From a virus (lineage: Duplodnaviria; Caudoviricetes), in IMG/VR virus record IMGVR_UViG_3300026189_000026, positions 1 through 25,599 of that record: a DNA stretch of 25,599 nt; one strand, 5' to 3'. Shown here in pieces: positions 1 to 8,785 of the stretch. The position numbers and the translations under genes were made by a program. Under the pieces are notes generated by a model that ran no database searches, was not told where the DNA came from, and saw only the letters and a list, made by a program, of their open reading frames with translations. The first letter of the stretch is position 1. Each line of letters starts with the position of its first letter.

Positions 1-804
1 GAAAGGGCAGCAGCAGCAGGAAAGACCAAAGGTCCTAAGTTAATGGGCGAGAATTGCTGGCCTGGATATGAAAAGAAAGGTATGAAGACCATGTTTGGTA
101 AGAGATATCCAAACTGTGTGAAAAAGACAAAAACTAAGAAAGAAGAAGTAGAACTCACAGATGCATATGGAAAAACCTTTGCGGTTATTGATGACGTAAT
201 TCAGAACGAAACAAAGATGGAGGCAACAAAATGCCCTAGATGTGGTCAGAACCCATGTGTATGCACTGAAACATATGATATCGAATCAATGACTGAAGCA
301 ACCCGTATCCCAGCGAAAACGGGAAATATTATTCAGGTATTCCTTTCTTGGAGAGGAAGAATGTATGTTATAAAAATGTTCTTCCCATCTGTCGCACAAC
401 CAAGTCGTTCAGAGGTTCAGGACCAACTTGATAAGGTATATCCTGGATCAAGAGTTCAGTCATATAAAATCTCCGAAATTAAACCAGGAGAGCAGTTTTT
501 ACATACTGAGGAAACTGAACTTGAAGAGGGATCTCCAGCATGGCAGAGGAAAGAAGGAAAGAGTGCATCTGGAGGACTTAATGCAAAGGGTGTTGCGTCA
601 TATCGTGCAGCAAATCCTGGATCTAAACTCAAAACAGCAGTCACAACTAAACCATCCAAATTAAAGAAAGGATCTAAGGCTTCCAATAGAAGAAAGTCTT
701 TCTGTTCCAGAATGAAAGGTATGAAGGCAAAACTAACTTCTGCAAAGACTGCAAGAGATCCCGATTCAAGGATCAATAAGTCTTTGCGTAAGTGGAACTG
801 CTGA
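1..804 (+). CDS. 5'-truncated modular cyanophage protein, probable virion/internal head protein; basic C-terminal domain resembles DUF6321
   Basis: The frame of ORF 43..804 is open from base 1 (ERAAAAGKTKGPKLM), so the gene probably starts upstream of the window. Modules seen: CWPGY...PNCV, CPRCGQNPCVC, WRGR...MFFP, and AWQRKEGK..GGL..RRKSFCSRM..SLRKWNC. It lies directly before g17. Confidence 0.75.
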   Translation, partial: ERAAAAGKTKGPKLMGENCWPGYEKKGMKTMFGKRYPNCVKKTKTKKEEVELTDAYGKTFAVIDDVIQNETKMEATKCPRCGQNPCVCTETYDIESMTEATRIPAKTGNIIQVFLSWRGRMYVIKMFFPSVAQPSRSEVQDQLDKVYPGSRVQSYKISEIKPGEQFLHTEETELEEGSPAWQRKEGKSASGGLNAKGVASYRAANPGSKLKTAVTTKPSKLKKGSKASNRRKSFCSRMKGMKAKLTSAKTARDPDSRINKSLRKWNC

Positions 805-825
805 TGATTTTCAGGGGAAAATTTT

Positions 826-2472
826 ATGAGTGAACAGTATCTTGGTAATCCTCTATTAAAAAAGGCAAATACTCAACAGGAATTTACAAAAGAACAGGTT
901 ATAGAGTTCTATAAATGCGCTGGCGATCCTGTATACTTTGCAAAAAACTATGTAAAAATTGTTTCCCTTGATGAAGGTCTAACTCAGTTTGATCCATATG
1001 ACTTCCAAGAAAAGTTAATCAACAATTTTCACAATAATAGATTTAACATTTGTAAGATGCCACGACAGACTGGTAAGTCTACTACTGTGGTATCGTATCT
1101 TTTACATTATGCAGTTTTCAACGACAGTGTAAATATTGGTATTCTTGCCAACAAGGCACAGACTGCGAGAGAACTTCTTGGAAGATTACAAACTGCATAC
1201 GAGAACTTACCAAAATGGATGCAACAGGGTATCATATCATGGAACAAAGGATCAATGGAGTTGGAAAATGGCAGTAAGATATTGGCAGCTTCTACGTCTG
1301 CGAGTGCTGTCCGAGGTATGTCATTTAACATCCTCTTTCTCGACGAATTCGCGTTCGTCCCAAATCACGTTGCTGACTCGTTCTTTGCATCTGTTTATCC
1401 TACTATTACTTCTGGTCAAAAAACAAAAGTTATCATAGTTTCTACACCACACGGTATGAATCATTTCTACCGCATGTGGCATGATGCAGAAAGAAATAGA
1501 AATGAGTATGTGACAACAGAAGTTCATTGGAGTGAAGTTCCGGGTAGAGATTCTAAATGGAAAGAGCAGACTATTGCCAACACTTCCAAACAACAGTTCC
1601 AGGTTGAGTTTGAGTGCGAATTCTTAGGATCGATTGATACCTTGATTGCTCCAAGTAAATTAAAAAGTTTAGTATATGAAAATCCGGCAACATCAAATGC
1701 TGGTATGGATGTATATGAAGCCCCGCAAGAAAATCACGATTATGTAATTACGGTCGATGTTGCTAGAGGTGTGGGAGAAGACTATTCTGCATTTATTATT
1801 ATTGACATCACAGAGTTTCCACATAAGGTAGTTGCAAAATATAGAAATAATGATATCAAACCGATGATGTTTCCCAATATCATCTATCAATTAGCAAAGA
1901 GTTATAATAACGCTTTTGTACTTTGTGAAGTGAATGACGTTGGAGATCAAGTAGCGTCTATTATCCAGTATGATTTAGAATATCAAAATCTCTTGATGTG
2001 CTCGATGAGAGGTCGTGCTGGTCAAATTGTTGGACAAGGATTTTCTGGTAAAAAGACTCAACTAGGAGTCAAGATGTCTAAAACTGTGAAGAAGGTGGGA
2101 TCATTAAATCTCAAAACAATGGTAGAAGAAAACAAAGTTTTGTTTAAAGATTATGAAATTATATCTGAGTTAACTACTTTTGTATCAAAAAAAGACTCGT
2201 TTGAAGCAGAAGATGGATGTAACGATGACCTAGCAATGTGTCTTGTGATTTATGCTTGGTTGGTCGCACAAGAATACTTTAAGGAATTGACAGATCAAGA
2301 TGTGCGGAAAAGATTATATGAAGAGCAAAAAAATCAAATAGAACAAGACATGGCTCCTTTTGGATTTGTATCTGATGGATTAGATTCTGAAAGTTTTGTT
2401 GATAAGGATGGAGATAGATGGTTTACTGATGAATATGGTGATAGAGCATATATGTGGGATTATCTATCATGA
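826..2472 (+). CDS. g17: Terminase large subunit (T4 gp17-like)
   Basis: YLGNPLLK N-terminus, Q motif (YDFQ), Walker A PRQTGKST, Walker B ILFLDE, coupling motif STPHG, nuclease VDVARG..DYS and DDLAM; synteny before g18. Confidence 0.98.
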   Translation: MSEQYLGNPLLKKANTQQEFTKEQVIEFYKCAGDPVYFAKNYVKIVSLDEGLTQFDPYDFQEKLINNFHNNRFNICKMPRQTGKSTTVVSYLLHYAVFNDSVNIGILANKAQTARELLGRLQTAYENLPKWMQQGIISWNKGSMELENGSKILAASTSASAVRGMSFNILFLDEFAFVPNHVADSFFASVYPTITSGQKTKVIIVSTPHGMNHFYRMWHDAERNRNEYVTTEVHWSEVPGRDSKWKEQTIANTSKQQFQVEFECEFLGSIDTLIAPSKLKSLVYENPATSNAGMDVYEAPQENHDYVITVDVARGVGEDYSAFIIIDITEFPHKVVAKYRNNDIKPMMFPNIIYQLAKSYNNAFVLCEVNDVGDQVASIIQYDLEYQNLLMCSMRGRAGQIVGQGFSGKKTQLGVKMSKTVKKVGSLNLKTMVEENKVLFKDYEIISELTTFVSKKDSFEAEDGCNDDLAMCLVIYAWLVAQEYFKELTDQDVRKRLYEEQKNQIEQDMAPFGFVSDGLDSESFVDKDGDRWFTDEYGDRAYMWDYLS

Positions 2473-2675
2473 ATAATAGAAAAAGTACCAAAGAAAAGGT
2501 TATTGATCTGATACGTTTTGTTATTTTTATTCAATTGATAATAGTGGGAGCAACCATAATCGGTTGTTTTGTTGCTAGGTCTAATAGATGTGCAGAAGCG
2601 GATAAACAGCATATTGCTAATATGATGACTGTTATAACTACTTCTACATTTGCACTGTATGCGGCAGAGAAATGA
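2469..2675 (+). CDS. Small membrane protein (68 aa)
   Basis: ATG 2469 overlaps the g17 stop (ATGA). Basic N-terminus, hydrophobic helix LIRFVIFIQLIIVGATIIGCFVA, and a second weakly hydrophobic segment. Its stop overlaps the next ATG. Confidence 0.75.
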   Translation: MNNRKSTKEKVIDLIRFVIFIQLIIVGATIIGCFVARSNRCAEADKQHIANMMTVITTSTFALYAAEK

Positions 2676-2917
2676 TAGAAGGATTTGATGATAGTCAAAT
2701 AAAACTAGGACATTTTCTTCTTACAGATAGAAGATGCAGAAAATGTGGAGAAATAAAAAATCTTGTGGATGGTTTTTACAGGACAAGAAAAAATAGAGGA
2801 CCAGTAGCATCTTCGTACTCATATGAATGTAAGGATTGTACCAAAAAAAGAATTATGAAAAATAGAAAAAAATATGATTTTGGAGATAAAGTACTAGATA
2901 TATACCCAGATTGGTAG
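2672..2917 (+). CDS. Small C4 zinc-finger protein
   Basis: CRKC...CKDC with FY and basic residues between; ATGA-coupled to the upstream gene; no nuclease domain follows. Confidence 0.8.
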   Translation: MIEGFDDSQIKLGHFLLTDRRCRKCGEIKNLVDGFYRTRKNRGPVASSYSYECKDCTKKRIMKNRKKYDFGDKVLDIYPDW

Positions 2918-2953
2918 TTCACTCCCAGTTTCCCCTCTGAAAATAAAGGTTTT

Positions 2954-2961
2954 AATAAATA
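2954..2961 (+). promoter_or_regulatory. gp55-dependent late promoter for g18
   Basis: AATAAATA (T4 consensus TATAAATA) in the intergenic region, followed by SD GGAG before ATG 2996. Confidence 0.8.
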
Positions 2962-2995
2962 ATTTTTAGTTAAACTGAAGTTTACGGAGAAAAAC

Positions 2996-5206
2996 ATGGC
3001 AACTCCTCAATTATCTCCCGGTGTACTTACTAGAGAGGTTGACTTAACAGTAGGAAGAGCTGATAATGTTCTGGACAATATTGGTGCTATCGCAGCACCA
3101 TTTGCTATAGGTCCAGTTGATGAACCAATTAATATTGCTACTGAAACAGAGCTAATTAATGTATTTGGCAAGCCTAGCTCAAAAGATGGTCAATATGAGT
3201 ACTGGATGAGCGCATCATCATATCTTTCATATGGTGGTGTGATGAAAGTAGTTAGAACTGCTGGAGATTCGCTCAACAATGCAAACGCTGGTGTTGGAAG
3301 TTCATCTGTTAGTGATCTGAAGATCTACAATTATGATGATTATCAGAGTAATCATTACGAAGATACCTCATTTGCATATGCAGCTAAAAACCCAGGAACT
3401 TGGGCAGATTCTTTAAAGATATGTGTTATTGACAACTTTGGAGATCAAATTTTAGAGATAGATTCAGGGGACGCAACTACCGCTGGAGCAGTAGTTGGAT
3501 ATGGAGTTACTGCAGCACTCTCAAACATCACTCTTGCTGGTGCTGGAGCAGTATCAACTTTTGATGGATATCTGAAGGGAATCATTACAGAAGTCGTTGA
3601 AGACTCTGTTGCTGGTAAGAGTCTGGTCACTGTAAAAGTAGTATCTAGAGTTTCTTCTTCTGGAGAAGAGACCATGATTGACTATGCTGAGGGAGATAGA
3701 TCTTCTTCATTCAAGGCAACAGATTCTGTTTTCTTCGTAGATGAAACTGGTTCCAATACAGGAACTCTTGGATCTACAGGAACAGTTCCAACTGATCTTA
3801 TGGATTGGTACGATCAACAAACTCTTGGTCTTACAAACTCCAGGATTTACTGGAAGACTATTGCACCAAAACCATTATCAAGCAATTTCGTTTTAGAGAG
3901 AAACGGAAAGAATGATGAAATGCATGTAGCAGTAGTTGACGATCTGGGATTGGTAACTGGAATTCAAGGAAATATCCTTGAGAAGCATATTGGAATTTCA
4001 AAAGCAAAGGATGCCATCTCAAGTGTAAATTCTCCACAAAAAATCTACTATAAGCAGTATCTTGCAGATTTTTCCGCAAATGTCTATGCTGGTGCTAACC
4101 CATCTCAAGCCGCAGATGCCTATCATGGAACAACTCCAGTAGCAACAGGATTTGATCCTGCATTTTCCAGCGGATTTGAGCCAATTTCGACAGGAGATGG
4201 ACTTTGGGGATTAGGTGCTCAAGGAGTTACATTCTCAGCAATTGGTAACGCAACTTATACATTGAATGGTGGTGTAGATTACTCTGCTTCTGGTGGAATG
4301 AAAGCAGAACTTTCTGACATGATAACATCATATTCACTATTCTCAAATAGAGATGAAATTCAAGTTGATTATATTATCATGGGTCCAGGATGCACAAATG
4401 AATTTGATTCACAAGCAAAGGCAAACTATCTGATCTCTGTCGCTAATGCAAGAAAAGATTGTGTCGCCGTTATTGGTCCTCACAGAGGAAATGTTGTAAA
4501 TGTCACAAATCCAGAAACTCAAACTGAGAATCTGATTAATTACTTTAGCACACTTGCGTCTTCATCATATGCAGTATTTGATAGTGGGTATAAGTATACA
4601 TATGATAGATTTAACAACATGTTCAGATATGTTCCATGCAATCCAGATGTCGCTGGACTCATGGTAAGAACAAGTCTGCAAGCATACCCTTGGTTCTCCC
4701 CTGCTGGTCAACAGAGAGGTGTTATCAATAATGCAGTGAAACTTGCATATAATCCCAACAAGTCACAAAGAGATCGTCTCTATCCACAGAGAATTAACTC
4801 TTTTATTACAACACCTGGATTGGGAACTCTCCTGTTTGGTGATAAGACTGCTTTAGGTTATCAGTCAGCATTCGATCGTATTAATGTTCGTCGTCTCTTC
4901 CTCACGGTTGAGCAAGCACTCGAAAGAGCAGCTCAGGCTCAATTGTTTGAATTGAATGATGAATTAACAAGAGCTAATTTTGTTAATATTGTTGAACCAT
5001 ATCTTCGCGACATTGAAGCGAAGAGAGGTTTATATGGTTTCTTGGTTGTCTGTGACTCAACAAACAACACACCCGATGTAGTTGACAATAATGAATTCAG
5101 GGCAGATATTTTCCTGAAACCTGCAAAATCCATCAACTACGTTACTCTTACCTTCGTTGCGACTCGAACAGGAGTCAGCTTTGAAGAAGTAGCTGGTAGA
5201 GTTTGA
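2996..5206 (+). CDS. g18: Contractile tail sheath protein (gp18)
   Basis: LSPGVLTREVDLT N-terminus, PWFSPAGQQRG, GDKT, FDRINVRRLF, C-terminal FVATRTGVSFEEV. Confidence 0.98.
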   Translation: MATPQLSPGVLTREVDLTVGRADNVLDNIGAIAAPFAIGPVDEPINIATETELINVFGKPSSKDGQYEYWMSASSYLSYGGVMKVVRTAGDSLNNANAGVGSSSVSDLKIYNYDDYQSNHYEDTSFAYAAKNPGTWADSLKICVIDNFGDQILEIDSGDATTAGAVVGYGVTAALSNITLAGAGAVSTFDGYLKGIITEVVEDSVAGKSLVTVKVVSRVSSSGEETMIDYAEGDRSSSFKATDSVFFVDETGSNTGTLGSTGTVPTDLMDWYDQQTLGLTNSRIYWKTIAPKPLSSNFVLERNGKNDEMHVAVVDDLGLVTGIQGNILEKHIGISKAKDAISSVNSPQKIYYKQYLADFSANVYAGANPSQAADAYHGTTPVATGFDPAFSSGFEPISTGDGLWGLGAQGVTFSAIGNATYTLNGGVDYSASGGMKAELSDMITSYSLFSNRDEIQVDYIIMGPGCTNEFDSQAKANYLISVANARKDCVAVIGPHRGNVVNVTNPETQTENLINYFSTLASSSYAVFDSGYKYTYDRFNNMFRYVPCNPDVAGLMVRTSLQAYPWFSPAGQQRGVINNAVKLAYNPNKSQRDRLYPQRINSFITTPGLGTLLFGDKTALGYQSAFDRINVRRLFLTVEQALERAAQAQLFELNDELTRANFVNIVEPYLRDIEAKRGLYGFLVVCDSTNNTPDVVDNNEFRADIFLKPAKSINYVTLTFVATRTGVSFEEVAGRV

Positions 5207-5241
5207 TCATTATTAATTAAAAAAAACGGAGGATTTCAAAA

Positions 5242-5871
5242 ATGTCAGCTTTACGTACAATTTCCGGATTTAAATCTGCACTCGCAGGTGGAGGAGCAAG
5301 ACCCAATCTATTCGAAGTTTCTATTGATAGTTTCCCTGACAGTATTGCAAGTGTTTGGGGCAATGAACTGAGAAAGGAATTCAAGTTCTTATGCAAGGCA
5401 TCAAATATTCCTGCATCAAATGTAGGTTCAATTGATGTTCCCTTTAGAGGAAGAATCTTTAAAGTTGCTGGAGACAGAACTATTGATAACTGGTCAATCA
5501 CAGTTATTAATGATGAAAACTTCGACATCAGAACTGCTTTCGAAACTTGGCACAATCACATTGCAAAACTGGACAATAACAGTGGAGCAACTAATCCAAC
5601 AGAGTATATGGTAGATGCAAAAGTCTATCAACTCGGTAGAGGTTATGGTTCTAAGGCAGAAAGTAAGAAAAATGATGCAAAAGGATCTAACAATGATGAG
5701 GTAAGTCCATTAAGAACTTATAAATTTATTGATATTTGGCCAGTTACAATTAGTGACATTGCACTTTCATATGATACTGGAGATACTATTGAAGAGTTTA
5801 CTGTAGAGTTTGCTGTTCAAAACATTGAAATTGGATCTAACAAAGACCAAAACAAGACTCCAGTTAAGTGA
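5242..5871 (+). CDS. g19: Tail tube protein (gp19)
   Basis: GGGARPNLFEV, VPFRGR..KVAGDRT..W, IEEFTVEF; strong SD GGAGG; follows g18. Confidence 0.97.
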   Translation: MSALRTISGFKSALAGGGARPNLFEVSIDSFPDSIASVWGNELRKEFKFLCKASNIPASNVGSIDVPFRGRIFKVAGDRTIDNWSITVINDENFDIRTAFETWHNHIAKLDNNSGATNPTEYMVDAKVYQLGRGYGSKAESKKNDAKGSNNDEVSPLRTYKFIDIWPVTISDIALSYDTGDTIEEFTVEFAVQNIEIGSNKDQNKTPVK

Positions 5872-5877
5872 TAAATA
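5870..5877 (+). promoter_or_regulatory. Late promoter for g20
   Basis: GATAAATA overlapping the g19 stop, 20 nt before the g20 ATG. Confidence 0.75.
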
Positions 5878-5897
5878 GTAGAAAATAATAATTAATA

Positions 5898-7580
5898 ATG
5901 GCGAAACTCTTTGGTTTTTCAATTGATGATAGCGACGACAAACTAAGTCCCTCTGCGGTTTCCCCCGTTCCTCCTAATAATGAGGACGGGGTTGACCACT
6001 ATATGAGTAGTGGATTTTTTGGTTCATATGTTGATATTGAGGGAGTATATAAAACCGAATTTGATTTGATTAAGAGATATCGAGAGATGGCTCTTCATCC
6101 AGAATGTGATACTGCAATTGAAGATATTGTAAATGAAGCGATTGTTTCAGATACAAACGATAGTCCAATTGAGATTGAACTTTCAAATCTCAATGCCAGC
6201 GACGGAATTAAGAAAAAAATAAGAGAAGAATTTAAGTATATTCTAGACTTATTGGATTTTGATAAAAAATCGCATGAGATTTATCGCAACTGGTATATTG
6301 ATGGTCGTTTATATTATCACAAAATTATCGATTTAAAAAATCCACAAGAGGGTATTCAGGAGTTGCGTTATATTGACGCAATGAAAATGAGATATATTCG
6401 TCAACAGAAAAAGAAAGAAAAGTCAGAATATGACAGAGTAATGTCTAAGAATCTGAGAGATCAAAATCCAATGGACTATGATTTCCCAGAATTGGAAGAA
6501 TATTTCATCTACAATCCAAAATCCACGGGTACTGGGAACCCAATGCAAACCAATGCAACTCGTGGAATTAAGATTGCAAAAGATTCCATCACATATTGTA
6601 CTTCTGGTCTGGTAGATAGGAACAAAGGAACAACACTTTCATATCTTCATAAATCAATCAAGGCACTTAATCAACTTCGAATGATTGAGGATAGTCTTGT
6701 CATTTATAGACTGTCAAGAGCACCAGAGCGTCGTATTTTTTATATTGATGTAGGTAATCTTCCTAAAGTAAAAGCAGAACAATATCTGCGCGACGTTATG
6801 ATGAGATATCGTAATAAATTAGTATATGATGCATCAACAGGAGAAATCAGAGATGACAAAAAATTCATGTCAATGCTTGAAGACTTCTGGCTTCCCAGGC
6901 GTGAGGGCGGAAGAGGAACCGAAATCACCACACTGCCTGGCGGACAAAACCTGGGAGAAATCACGGATATTGAATATTTTAAAAAGAAACTCTACCGTGC
7001 GCTTAATGTTCCCCCATCAAGAATGGATGGAGAAGGTGGATTTAACTTGGGGAGATCTTCTGAGATCCTGAGAGATGAACTCAAATTCACAAAGTTTGTT
7101 GCTCGTTTGAGAAAAAGATTCTCAAATATGTTCAATGATATGCTGAGAACTCAGTTGATTCTAAAAAATATTGTTACCCCAGAAGACTGGGAGATCATGA
7201 GTGAACATATTCAGTATGACTTCTTGTATGATAATCATTTCTCAGAACTAAAAGAATCTGAGTTAATGCAGGAGAGACTTGGTTTGGTTGAGACAGCACA
7301 ACCATATGTTGGCAAATATTATTCTCAAGATTACGTAAGACGTAAGATCTTGCGTCAGACTGATGAAGAGATTATCGAACAAGATAAGTTGATTGAACAA
7401 GAGATTAAGGATGGCGTTATCCCAGATCCTGCAACAATTGATCCTACAACTGGAATGCCATTCCAAGATCCAAATGCAATGGGTGGAGGAGATCTTGGTG
7501 CTCCAATGATGGAACCGGATTTGGAATCACAGGGAGAGGTTACTAAGGTTCCAGAAATGCCCAAGGGTGGGGAAATATAA
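5898..7580 (+). CDS. g20: Portal vertex protein (gp20)
   Basis: MAKLFGFSI, RAPERRIFYIDVGNLPK, EDFWLPRREGGRGTEITTLPGGQNLG, SEILRDELKF. Confidence 0.98.
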   Translation: MAKLFGFSIDDSDDKLSPSAVSPVPPNNEDGVDHYMSSGFFGSYVDIEGVYKTEFDLIKRYREMALHPECDTAIEDIVNEAIVSDTNDSPIEIELSNLNASDGIKKKIREEFKYILDLLDFDKKSHEIYRNWYIDGRLYYHKIIDLKNPQEGIQELRYIDAMKMRYIRQQKKKEKSEYDRVMSKNLRDQNPMDYDFPELEEYFIYNPKSTGTGNPMQTNATRGIKIAKDSITYCTSGLVDRNKGTTLSYLHKSIKALNQLRMIEDSLVIYRLSRAPERRIFYIDVGNLPKVKAEQYLRDVMMRYRNKLVYDASTGEIRDDKKFMSMLEDFWLPRREGGRGTEITTLPGGQNLGEITDIEYFKKKLYRALNVPPSRMDGEGGFNLGRSSEILRDELKFTKFVARLRKRFSNMFNDMLRTQLILKNIVTPEDWEIMSEHIQYDFLYDNHFSELKESELMQERLGLVETAQPYVGKYYSQDYVRRKILRQTDEEIIEQDKLIEQEIKDGVIPDPATIDPTTGMPFQDPNAMGGGDLGAPMMEPDLESQGEVTKVPEMPKGGEI

Positions 7581-7583
7581 ATA
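7576..7583 (+). promoter_or_regulatory. Late promoter
   Basis: Exact T4 late consensus TATAAATA overlapping the g20 stop. Confidence 0.8.
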
Positions 7584-7609
7584 GTCAATATACTTAATAC
7601 ATTTAAACT

Positions 7610-7789
7610 ATGGACGACCTTCTAGATATGATTATTGATGATGAATCACCATCATCAATCAGCGATAAAATCAAAGATTTACTCTTTGCAAAGAGTTCAG
7701 AAAAAGTCGAAGCTTCCAGACCAAATTCAGCACAAAGTGCTTTTGGGTTTGATTCTGAAGAGCAGGTTTCAGATGAAGAGTCTGAGTGA
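7610..7789 (+). CDS. Small acidic protein (59 aa) at the position of T4 prohead core gene 67; absent from the supplied ORF track
   Basis: Translated by hand: MDDLLDMIIDDESPSSISDKIKDLLFAKSSEKVEASRPNSAQSAFGFDSEEQVSDEESE*. It fills the gap between two late promoters. Confidence 0.8.
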   Translation: MDDLLDMIIDDESPSSISDKIKDLLFAKSSEKVEASRPNSAQSAFGFDSEEQVSDEESE

Positions 7790-7795
7790 TAAATA
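7788..7795 (+). promoter_or_regulatory. Late promoter
   Basis: GATAAATA overlapping the stop of the 59-aa ORF. Confidence 0.75.
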
Positions 7796-7818
7796 AAGTA
7801 TATTAATCTATATTTAAT

Positions 7819-8082
7819 ATGTCTAGAACATTACTTATTGGGGACGAGATTTCACTCCCAACTGATGCTTCTGCAGCAACAACTCTGAATGGAGCAACTG
7901 TTGTTAGAGTTGTAAATTCTTCTACTTCTGCAGCAACTTTAAGTTTAGCTGATGAAGTTGGAGCAACTCCAATTACAGTTACGATTCTATCAAAGACTGT
8001 TGAGATGATAGAAAAGAAATCTTATCAGGTTATTTTCTGTTCAGGATCATTAAAAGGATCTCAAGTAGGATTTACAGACTAA
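7819..8082 (+). CDS. Hypothetical beta-rich protein, probably virion-associated
   Basis: 87-aa Thr/Ser/Ala/Val-rich ORF (ATVVRVVN, VGFT) after a late promoter in the head module. Confidence 0.8.
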   Translation: MSRTLLIGDEISLPTDASAATTLNGATVVRVVNSSTSAATLSLADEVGATPITVTILSKTVEMIEKKSYQVIFCSGSLKGSQVGFTD

Positions 8083-8086
8083 TCAC

Positions 8087-8737
8087 ATGAAACTTATCCG
8101 AGAAGAAATCGAGAACATTGAAGTTCTTACCGAGTCAGTAAATGGTAAAAAAACTCTGTTCATTCAGGGCCCATTTTTACAAACTGAAACCAAGAACCGA
8201 AATGGAAGAGTATATCGCAGATCCGTAATGGAGCGCGAAGTCGGCAGGTATACAGATTCGTATATCAACAAAGGTCGTGCTCTGGGAGAACTGGGACATC
8301 CTGATGGCCCATCAATCAATCTCGATCGCGTTTCACATAAAATTGTAGGTCTTCGTCAAGAAGGTAACAATTTTATCGGAAAAGCACAAATTCTTTCCAC
8401 ACCAATGGGAAAAATTGCCGAATCTTTACTTAAAGAGGGTGTAACTCTTGGTGTTTCTTCTCGTGGTGTAGGATCATTAAAGCCAACCAAAGAAGGATAT
8501 TCTGAAGTTGGTGAAGATTTTATGCTGGCAACTGCTGCTGATATTGTCGCAGATCCCTCTGCTCCTGATGCCTTTGTTGAAGGTATTATGGAAGGTAAAG
8601 AGTGGGTCTGGGAAGGAGGTATTCTTCGCGAAAGACTCGCAGAAAATACAAAGAAAAGAATCAACACATTAGTTGATAAAAAGTTATTGGAAGAGTATAA
8701 GTTAAGTCTTTTTGATGAATTTATCTCAAAACTTTAA
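8087..8737 (+). CDS. g21: Prohead core protease (gp21)
   Basis: MKLIREE, NRNGRVY, ALGELGHP (catalytic His), GVSSRGVGS (catalytic Ser), DIVADPSAPDAFV. Confidence 0.97.
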   Translation: MKLIREEIENIEVLTESVNGKKTLFIQGPFLQTETKNRNGRVYRRSVMEREVGRYTDSYINKGRALGELGHPDGPSINLDRVSHKIVGLRQEGNNFIGKAQILSTPMGKIAESLLKEGVTLGVSSRGVGSLKPTKEGYSEVGEDFMLATAADIVADPSAPDAFVEGIMEGKEWVWEGGILRERLAENTKKRINTLVDKKLLEEYKLSLFDEFISKL

Positions 8738-8740
8738 TAT

Positions 8741-8752
8741 ACTAAATAAATA
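8741..8752 (+). promoter_or_regulatory. Overlapping late promoter boxes for g22
   Basis: ACTAAATA (8741-8748) and AATAAATA (8745-8752), then SD GGAG. Confidence 0.75.
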
Positions 8753-8785
8753 TAGATTATACAAAGGTTAAATCGGAGAGTTCAC

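Noticed and set aside
6892-6957. Possible pairings (TTCCCAGG/CCTGGGAG, CCAGGC/GCCTGG) in g20
   Set aside because: Largely explained by the conserved Pro/Gly/Arg-rich motif LPRREGGRG..LPGG..LG, and the pairings compete with each other
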